A stretch of 64,000 nucleotides of DNA from the NCBI GenBank assembly GCA_965242665.1, contig OZ251484.1, positions 935,064 through 999,063 of the forward strand, in the 5' to 3' direction. Below are positions 1 to 6,560 of this stretch, in pieces. A model generated the notes under the pieces. It saw only the letters and a list, made by a program, of their open reading frames with translations, had not been told where the DNA came from and did not search any database. This DNA comes from Dehalococcoidia bacterium. Lineage in GTDB: Bacteria; Chloroflexota; Dehalococcoidia; Lucifugimonadales; VXLM01. The translations under genes were made by a program, and so were the position numbers. The first letter of the stretch is position 1, and every line of letters begins with the position of its first letter.

Positions 1-47
1 CGACAGAAGATTCAAAATAGGATGCGAATCCAAGTAGGAAGGATACC

Positions 48-1376
48 ATGACGAACACTGCATCCCTCAACCGCACCCTCTTCCTCGAAGACAACCTGCC
101 AGTACTGCGGGGGTTGGATTCCAAGAGCGTCGACCTCATCGCGACCGACCCGCCGTTCAACAAGGGGGTGCCCGCGTTCGAGGGTACGACGAAGGCCGGC
201 GTCAACGTCGAGTTCAAGGATGTCTGGAACTGGGACGACGATGTCCAGGGAGAGTGGATCGAGCAGATTCGGAAGAAGCATCCGTCGTTGTTCAACGTGA
301 TCCACTATACAAATGAGGCGGCCGGCGACGATATGGGAGCGTTCCTGTGCTTCATGGCCGTGCGGATGTTGGAGATGCACCGAGTGTTGAAGGATACGGG
401 GAGCATCTACCTTCATTGTGACCCGACCGCATCGCACTACCTGAAGGCCATGATGGACGCCATCTTCGGACGGAGGAACTTCCGCAACGAAATCGTCTGG
501 GGGTATCCTGCAAGCCCATCAGCGGCTAAACGGGACTTCCCGCGCAAACATGACACGATCCTCCGCTACTCGAAGGGCACGAAGTGGACATTCAACGCAG
601 ATGATGTGCGGATTCCCTACTCCGACAGCAGTATGCACCGGATACAGTACGACGCAAACGCTTCGACGGTCATGCACGGAAAGAAGATCAAGCTGCATGA
701 CAAGGGGAAAATCCCCCCGACGGTTTGGACAGACATTCAGCAGGCCTACCGCTATCGGTCGGAGCACACGGGTTACCCGACGCAGAAGCCGTTGGCGTTG
801 TACAAGCGCATGGTTGCAGCGTCGTCGAATCCCGGCGATATGGTACTCGACCCGTTCGCAGGCTGCGCGACGACGTGCGTTGCGGCCGAACAGCTAGGCC
901 GCCAGTGGATAGGGATAGACATCCGAGAAGAGGCGGGGGAGGTAATCTTCGATCGGTTGCAGAACGAGGTCATCAACGGGAGCATGGCGTGGAACGACAT
1001 CGTCCGCGTTCTGACGGAGCCCCCCGAGCGAACGGACGACGGGGAGTATGCCGCGCCAGAGCTGCTACTCGAGTCGCCGGGGCCGCAGGAGCCGAAGTTG
1101 TCCACGGCGGAAGCGAAGGCGCAGTTGCTGAAGATGGACGGCATGGTGTGCTTGGGCTGCGGGTGGGAGCCGCCCTATGCGGACTATCTGCAAGTCGACC
1201 ACAAGAAGCCGAAGGACAAGAAGGGGCGAGAGGTTCTGACGAATTTCGGGTTGTTGTGCGGGCCGTGCAACCTGAAGAAGGGGCGGAAGTGGTCGCTGCG
1301 GGAGTTGCAGGAGCAGCGGATTGCGGAGGAGCGGATGAACATGAAGTGGTACGAAGAGGACGGGAAATGGAAGTAG
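48..1376 (+). CDS. DNA methyltransferase (N4-C/N6-A, PF01555-like, beta-class motif order) fused to a C-terminal HNH nuclease domain
   Basis: 442-aa ORF with an AGGAAGGA ribosome-binding site just upstream of the ATG. Catalytic motif 'DPPFN' lies near aa 34. The AdoMet-binding region 'GYPTQKPLALYKRMV..MVLDPFAGCATTCVAAEQLGRQWIGID' lies further downstream. The last ~80 aa, 'CLGCGW..LQVDHKKP..NFGLLCGPCNLKKG', show a CxxC..H..N..CxxC HNH pattern. Confidence 0.85.
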   Translation: MTNTASLNRTLFLEDNLPVLRGLDSKSVDLIATDPPFNKGVPAFEGTTKAGVNVEFKDVWNWDDDVQGEWIEQIRKKHPSLFNVIHYTNEAAGDDMGAFLCFMAVRMLEMHRVLKDTGSIYLHCDPTASHYLKAMMDAIFGRRNFRNEIVWGYPASPSAAKRDFPRKHDTILRYSKGTKWTFNADDVRIPYSDSSMHRIQYDANASTVMHGKKIKLHDKGKIPPTVWTDIQQAYRYRSEHTGYPTQKPLALYKRMVAASSNPGDMVLDPFAGCATTCVAAEQLGRQWIGIDIREEAGEVIFDRLQNEVINGSMAWNDIVRVLTEPPERTDDGEYAAPELLLESPGPQEPKLSTAEAKAQLLKMDGMVCLGCGWEPPYADYLQVDHKKPKDKKGREVLTNFGLLCGPCNLKKGRKWSLRELQEQRIAEERMNMKWYEEDGKWK

Positions 1377-1386
1377 GGGACGGACG

Positions 1387-2265
1387 ATGGATAGAGGAAA
1401 CACTATGACCGCAGGGGCTAATCCCGCGTCCGATGGCAAATTTGGCGGACCGTGGACTACCGAGAAGCTGGAAATTCTGGAGAAATACCTAGACGCCTAC
1501 ACTACCGCGCTGAAGAACCAACCCTTCAATCTCATGTACATCGACGCCTTTGCGGGTACAGGAGACATCAGCATACAACAAGAACACAACGGCCCGCGAG
1601 CCATCATAGACGGTTCCTCCAGACGGGCGATCAAGATCAAAGACAAGCCGTTCGACCGATTGATCTTGATTGAGAAGGACTATGAGAGATATAGAAAGCT
1701 GGTACACCTGAAAACAGAAAATCCCATCAGGGACATTCAGATTGAGAACTGCGACGCCAACTCATTCCTGCGAAACATGAGCGAAGACTGGAAAATATGG
1801 CGTGGCGTACTCATTCTTGACCCATTCGCTACCGAGGTTGAGTGGGCAACGATTGAGAAGGTGGCTCAGTTCAATGCGCTCGATACCTGGATCCTGTTTC
1901 CTGTGTCTGCAATTACGAGAATGCTCCCGAAATCACGATTACCGGACGATGTCTCGAGGAAGTGGGCCAACAAACTGACTCGAATCTTTGGCGATGACAG
2001 TTGGAATGAGCTGTATCATCCTAATCCTCAAAAATCCTTCTGGGAAGACGAACTGTATCACAGAGATACCGGCACCGATGGAATCATCAGGCTATACAAG
2101 AACAATCTAAAAAGTCTATTCGGGCGAAGATTCATGGAACAATCCCAGTCTCTCTTGAATTCAACTGACGTACACTTGTTTGAGTTCATTTTCTGCGTTG
2201 GCAACGAGAATGGAGTGAGCCTCGCCAAGAAAATAGCCAAGTCCATTGTAGACGCTAGCGAGTAA
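1387..2265 (+). CDS. TcmP-like protein (three-Cys-motif partner protein family, TIGR04474-like)
   Basis: 292-aa ORF starting 10 nt after the MTase-HNH stop. The N-terminus 'GGPWTTEKLEILEKYLDAYTTAL..NLMYIDAFAGTG' matches my recollection of the TcmP family, whose members sit next to PF07505 proteins. 'DAFAGTG' resembles a SAM-binding glycine loop. The assignment is from recall, not a search. Confidence 0.6.
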   Translation: MDRGNTMTAGANPASDGKFGGPWTTEKLEILEKYLDAYTTALKNQPFNLMYIDAFAGTGDISIQQEHNGPRAIIDGSSRRAIKIKDKPFDRLILIEKDYERYRKLVHLKTENPIRDIQIENCDANSFLRNMSEDWKIWRGVLILDPFATEVEWATIEKVAQFNALDTWILFPVSAITRMLPKSRLPDDVSRKWANKLTRIFGDDSWNELYHPNPQKSFWEDELYHRDTGTDGIIRLYKNNLKSLFGRRFMEQSQSLLNSTDVHLFEFIFCVGNENGVSLAKKIAKSIVDASE

Positions 2266-2269
2266 AGCC

Positions 2270-3001
2270 ATGTCCACGCTCTCGAAAATCGAATGGACGG
2301 AGACCACTTGGAACCCCGTCACCGGATGCACCAAGATCAGCCACGGGTGCAAGCACTGCTACGCCGAGCGCATGACCAAGCGGCTCCAGGCTATGGGGAT
2401 GCCCAAATATCGGCGCGGGTTCGATGTCGCCATTCACGAATCCGTGCTCCAAGACCCCTTGAAGTGGAAGAAGCCGAGTATCGTCTTCGTGAACTCCATG
2501 AGCGACCTCTTCCACGAAGACGTCCCCGCGGAGTTCGTGCAATCGGTATTCGACGTCATGAATCGAGCGCAGATGCACACGTTCCAAGTGCTCACCAAGC
2601 GGCCCGGCAGGGTGAGCGCACTCGACGCGCGGCTCGACTGGGCCCCCAACATCTGGCTAGGCACAAGCATAGAGTCCGCGAGGTGGTTGGATCGGCTGGA
2701 CGCCTTGAAGTCCACGAGCGCCGCCACCAAGTTCCTCTCCCTGGAGCCGCTGCTCGGCCCTCTGCCCGGCCTTGACTTGTCGGGTATCGATTGGGTTATC
2801 GTAGGGGGAGAATCCGGACCCGGCGCGCGGCCCATAGACGCCGATTGGGTACGGGAAATTCGAGACAACTGCATTGACAGCGGCGTCCCGTTCTTCTTCA
2901 AGCAGTGGGGAGGCGTATTCAAGAAACGGACCGGCCGCATCCTAGACGGCCGCACGTGGGATCAGATGCCGCGCGCAGTCGAACGCCAAAACCCAGGATA
3001 G
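2270..3001 (+). CDS. DUF5131 / phage Gp37-Gp68 family protein (PF07505-like, three-Cys motif)
   Basis: 243-aa ORF starting 4 nt after the previous stop. The N-terminus 'IEWTETTWNPVTGCTKISHGCKHCYAERM' (C-x6-C-x2-C) is the signature start of the family. 'WVIVGGESGPGARP' and 'PFFFKQWGG' are also typical. Confidence 0.8.
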   Translation: MSTLSKIEWTETTWNPVTGCTKISHGCKHCYAERMTKRLQAMGMPKYRRGFDVAIHESVLQDPLKWKKPSIVFVNSMSDLFHEDVPAEFVQSVFDVMNRAQMHTFQVLTKRPGRVSALDARLDWAPNIWLGTSIESARWLDRLDALKSTSAATKFLSLEPLLGPLPGLDLSGIDWVIVGGESGPGARPIDADWVREIRDNCIDSGVPFFFKQWGGVFKKRTGRILDGRTWDQMPRAVERQNPG

Positions 3002-3126
3002 TCCATATCGAGCGCATCAGTGACCAAACCCTGCCTTCCTGCACAAATCTCCAGATCCCTCATTCGGAAGCGCCCACGCAACCATCGATCCGATGATCCC
3101 AATGCCGCCATCATGGAGGACGAATC

Positions 3127-4473
3127 ATGACCGAACCATATAACCTGACCATAGCCGAGGCAGCGGTCGAGATGCGACGCGGCCGCCTTTCGCCGAGAGA
3201 GTTGACCGAGTCGTTGTTGGCGCGCAGCCGCGAACTCGAACCGCGCCTCGATGTGTGGGCTACCCTCGATGAAGAAGCCGCCCTCGACGCAGCCGACCGC
3301 AGATCGGAAGAGCTCGCGATAGAAGCCCCAGAGAACCCGCTGCACGGCATCCCGTTCGGAGTCAAGGACATCTTCTACACCAAGGGCGTCGAAACGGCGG
3401 GAGGATCGAAGGTCTACGCCGGCTTCGTGCCGGACTACGACGCCACAGCCGTCGCGCTGCTCCGGCGCGAAGGCGCCATCATGCTCGGAAAGACGGTCAC
3501 TACCGAGTTCGCCATGTTCGAATCGCCTCCCACGAAGAATCCATGGAACCCAGACCGCACCCCGGGCGGATCGAGCAGCGGATCGGCCGTCGGTACTGCC
3601 GCGCGCATGTTCCCCATGGCCCTCGGCTCCCAAACCGCCGGGTCGGTGCTCCGGCCCGCTGCATACAACGGCGTCGTCGGAGTCAAGCCAACGTTCGGCC
3701 TGATTAGCCGATACGGCGTAATGCCAGTTGCCTCGTCACTCGATACCGTGGGATACTTCACGCGCACAGTGGAGGATGCCGCTATCGTCCTCCGCGCGCT
3801 CGCACGACACGACCCAAACGACGACGTCTCGCTCACCGCGTCGACAACCGGCTACTCGACGCCCCCGAAACGCGCCGCCCGCCCAAGGATCGGCTTCATC
3901 CGCCAGTATTTCGACGATGTCACCACCTCGGAAGTGCGGCACCACACCAATACCGCCCTCCAGATCTTTTCCGCAGAAGGCGCGATCGTCCAACAGGTGC
4001 GCGTCCCAATCGACATGCACGCCGCAAGAGAAGCCCATGCCGTCGTGCAGTCCGCCGAAGCGGCACACGCCCACGACTCCGACTTCGCCGCACGCAAGAG
4101 CGACTACATGCCCTCCACGCAGCGCGTCATCATGAGAGGCATAAACACCTCCGCCTCCGAGTATATCCGGGCGCAAGAGATCAGACGCGACCTGCGGCGA
4201 GAGCTCCTCAAAGTTGTGAATCGCTTCGACGTAGTCGTGACCCCGTCGGCGCCGGCCCCGGCCCCCGACACGACGACCACCGGCGACCCCGCGTGCCAAT
4301 GGCCATGGACGACGGTCGGCTTTCCCGCCATCTCCATTCCTTCCGGTCTGAGCGTGGACGAGATGCCGCTCGGCGTCCAACTCGCAGCCGCTCCTCTGCA
4401 AGAAGAGACCCTGTTCTCGGTCGCAAAATGGTGCGAGCAGATCTTGGACGCGCGCCTCTCGCCGCCGCTGTGA
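3127..4473 (+). CDS. amidase (amidase-signature family, GatA-like)
   Basis: 448-aa ORF with the amidase signature 'GGSSSGSAVGTAA' and 'GSQTAGSVLRPAAYNGVVGVKPTFGLISRYG'. Confidence 0.85.
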   Translation: MTEPYNLTIAEAAVEMRRGRLSPRELTESLLARSRELEPRLDVWATLDEEAALDAADRRSEELAIEAPENPLHGIPFGVKDIFYTKGVETAGGSKVYAGFVPDYDATAVALLRREGAIMLGKTVTTEFAMFESPPTKNPWNPDRTPGGSSSGSAVGTAARMFPMALGSQTAGSVLRPAAYNGVVGVKPTFGLISRYGVMPVASSLDTVGYFTRTVEDAAIVLRALARHDPNDDVSLTASTTGYSTPPKRAARPRIGFIRQYFDDVTTSEVRHHTNTALQIFSAEGAIVQQVRVPIDMHAAREAHAVVQSAEAAHAHDSDFAARKSDYMPSTQRVIMRGINTSASEYIRAQEIRRDLRRELLKVVNRFDVVVTPSAPAPAPDTTTTGDPACQWPWTTVGFPAISIPSGLSVDEMPLGVQLAAAPLQEETLFSVAKWCEQILDARLSPPL

Positions 4474-4490
4474 CGGCCGTGCGCCGGCCC

Positions 4491-5507
4491 CTACAACCCA
4501 TTCTCGGCGAGGAAGCCGGCCAGGTCGGCCGTGCGGCATGAGTAGCCCCACTCGTTGTCGTACCACCCAACGACCTTGACCATGTTCCCCTCCATCGACA
4601 TCGTCGAGAGGCCGTCGATGATGCTGCTGTGCGGGTTCCTCACGATGTCGCTGCCGACGATGGGCTCTTCCGTATACTCGACGATGCCCGCCATCCTTCC
4701 ATCGGCCGCAGCCCGGTACGCGTCGTTGACATCCTCCGCAGAGGCGCTGGTATCGATCTCCGCAACGAAGTCCGTCACCGATCCCGTCGGCGTCGGCACC
4801 CGGAAAGCCATGCCGTGTATCTTGCCGGCCAGCTCCGGCAGCACGAGTCCGACTGCCTTCGCCGCCCCCGTGGTCGTCGGAATGATGTTGACCGCCGCTG
4901 ACCGAGCGCGGCGGAGATCGCTATGCACCTGGTCGAGTATCTTCTGATCGTTCGTGTACGAGTGCACCGTCGTCATCAAGCCGCGCCGCACCCCAAACGC
5001 GTCGTGGAGCGCGCGCGTCATGGTAGCGATGCAATTGGTCGTGCACGAGGCATTGGATATGACGTGGTGGACGCCGGGATCGTAGACGTCCTCGTTGACG
5101 CCCAGCACGATGGTCGCGTCCTCTCCAGTCGCAGGCGCGGATATGATGACCTTCTTCGCCCCGCCGGCCTTGTGCCCCGCAGCCGCGGAAGCATCCGTGA
5201 AGAACCCAGTCGACTCGACGACGATCTCCACCCCGTGCTCCGACCAGGGCAACTGGGAAGGGTCACGCTCCGCCATCACCTTGATCTCGTCGCCGTCTAT
5301 GACGATGGTATCATCGGAAGCGGCATCCACGGAGCCGGGGTATATCCCATAGTTCGAGTCGTACTTGAACAGATGGGCGTTCGTCCGAGTATCCGTCAGA
5401 TCGTTGACGGCGACGACCTGAAGCGTATCCGCGCGGCGCTCCCTGATAGCGCGCAGCACCTGCCGCCCGATCCGCCCAAATCCGTTGATCCCTACCCGAG
5501 TCACCAT
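4491..5507 (-). CDS. gap: type I glyceraldehyde-3-phosphate dehydrogenase
   Basis: 338-aa ORF. It has the '[15 protein letters not shown]' NAD-binding N-terminus, the active site 'SNASCTTNC' and 'WYDNEWGYS' near the C-terminus. Confidence 0.95.
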   Translation of the reverse strand: MVTRVGINGFGRIGRQVLRAIRERRADTLQVVAVNDLTDTRTNAHLFKYDSNYGIYPGSVDAASDDTIVIDGDEIKVMAERDPSQLPWSEHGVEIVVESTGFFTDASAAAGHKAGGAKKVIISAPATGEDATIVLGVNEDVYDPGVHHVISNASCTTNCIATMTRALHDAFGVRRGLMTTVHSYTNDQKILDQVHSDLRRARSAAVNIIPTTTGAAKAVGLVLPELAGKIHGMAFRVPTPTGSVTDFVAEIDTSASAEDVNDAYRAAADGRMAGIVEYTEEPIVGSDIVRNPHSSIIDGLSTMSMEGNMVKVVGWYDNEWGYSCRTADLAGFLAENGL

Positions 5508-5614
5508 ACGCTCGTCTCCTCATACTCATGATGCTTTCCTAGAACGTCTACCAAGAGCATAGCCTACCACCCACGCACATTCAACCAATACCCGACTGCC
5601 CTGCCCCCGACCCC

Positions 5615-6023
5615 GTCACTCCCGCACCCTCCCACGTCATTCCCGTGAAGGCGGGAATCTCCCCCTCACGTCACTCACCCACCCATCATTCCCACAACCC
5701 TTTCGTCACTCCCGCAACCTCCCACGTCATTCCCGTGAAGGCGGGAATCTCCCCCTCACGTCACTCACCCACCCATCATTCCCACAACCCTTTCGTCACT
5801 CCCGCAACCTCCCACGTCATTCCCGCGAAGGCGGGAATCTCCCCCTCACGTCACTCACCCACCCATCATTCCCACAACCCTTTCGTCACTCCCGCAACCT
5901 CCCACGTCATTCCCGCGAAGGCGGGAATCTCCCCCTCACGTCACTCACCCACCCATCATTCCCACAACCCTTTCGTCACTCCCGCAACCTCCCACGTCAT
6001 TCCCGCGAAGGCGGGAATCTCCC
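5615..6023. repeat. 90-bp tandem repeat (about 4.5 copies), each unit carrying one REP-like hairpin
   Basis: Units start at 5615, 5705, 5795, 5885 and 5975 and are near-identical. Each contains GTCATTCCCG(T/C)GAAGGCGGGAATC (hairpins at 5636, 5726, 5816, 5906, 5996). The 201-aa ORF 5645..6250 is simply the translation of this array. Confidence 0.95.
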
Positions 6024-6029
6024 GAGCAT

Positions 6030-6227
6030 CGTATTTGACAAAACAGAACCCCCGTACTATCCTGAACCTAAAGACGACCCCGTCGAAGCCACAACCCAAG
6101 GAGACAATCATGCAATCCACAATCATCAATTCCCCGACTCGCCGTCGACGGAAATCGACACAATTCGACAGAACTCTACAAGACTCTACAGAAACTCGTG
6201 CCCGCCCGCGCGCGCGAGGCGAAGCAA
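6030..6227 (+). repeat. promoter-bearing repeated element, copy A (candidate small RNA)
   Basis: TTGACA (6035-6040), a 17-nt spacer and TATCCT (6058-6063). AAGGAG follows at 6098 with an ATG at 6110, then CAATC-type and CGACA-type short motifs. The element is homologous to 54794-54935 and 55003-55200. A REP hairpin lies immediately upstream and an inverted REP at 6228-6251. Confidence 0.6.
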
Positions 6228-6251
6228 GATTCCCGCCTTCGCGGGAATGAC
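6228..6251. repeat. REP-like palindromic element (inverted orientation)
   Basis: GATTCCCGCCTTCGCGGGAATGAC, with an 8-bp stem ATTCCCGC/GCGGGAAT and a 4-nt loop. Confidence 0.9.
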
Positions 6252-6332
6252 GTGGGTGGGCGGGGGAATGACGGAGGCGATCCGCGCCAGGTCTGTGTCA
6301 ATGAATCGGACGGAAGGCGCGCAGATAGGAAG

Positions 6333-6362
6333 TTGACAAGTCAACCGCGATTCTGATATAAA
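6333..6362 (+). promoter_or_regulatory. sigma70-type promoter of the FG-GAP gene (copy 1)
   Basis: TTGACA (6333-6338), an 18-nt spacer and TATAAA (6357-6362). The same sequence recurs upstream of the paralog at 13009-13039. Confidence 0.6.
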
Positions 6363-6370
6363 TGAACGTC

Positions 6371-6540
6371 AGTAAGGCCTAGTAAGGCCTAGTAAGGCCT
6401 AGTAAGGCCTAGTAAGGCCTAGTAAGGCCTAGTAAGGCCTAGTAAGGCCTAGTAAGGCCTAGTAAGGCCTAGTAAGGCCTAGTAAGGCCTAGTAAGGCCT
6501 AGTAAGGCCTAGTAAGGCCTAGTAAGGCCTAGTAAGGCCT
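6371..6540. repeat. 10-bp tandem repeat AGTAAGGCCT x17 between promoter and ribosome-binding site
   Basis: 17 perfect head-to-tail copies. Each unit contains the palindrome AGGCCT and TAA/TAG stops. The repeat is followed by ACAGCGAGGGGCAAGGAAAA-ATG (start at 6561). Confidence 0.98.
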
Positions 6541-6560
6541 ACAGCGAGGGGCAAGGAAAA

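Noticed and set aside
5645-6250. 201-aa ORF with a perfectly periodic sequence (VIPAKAGISPSRHSPTHHSHNPFVTPATSH repeated)
   Set aside because: It is the translation of the 90-bp REP-containing tandem array followed by the promoter-bearing element. There is no ribosome-binding site, the start is GTG inside a hairpin, and the periodicity equals the DNA repeat.
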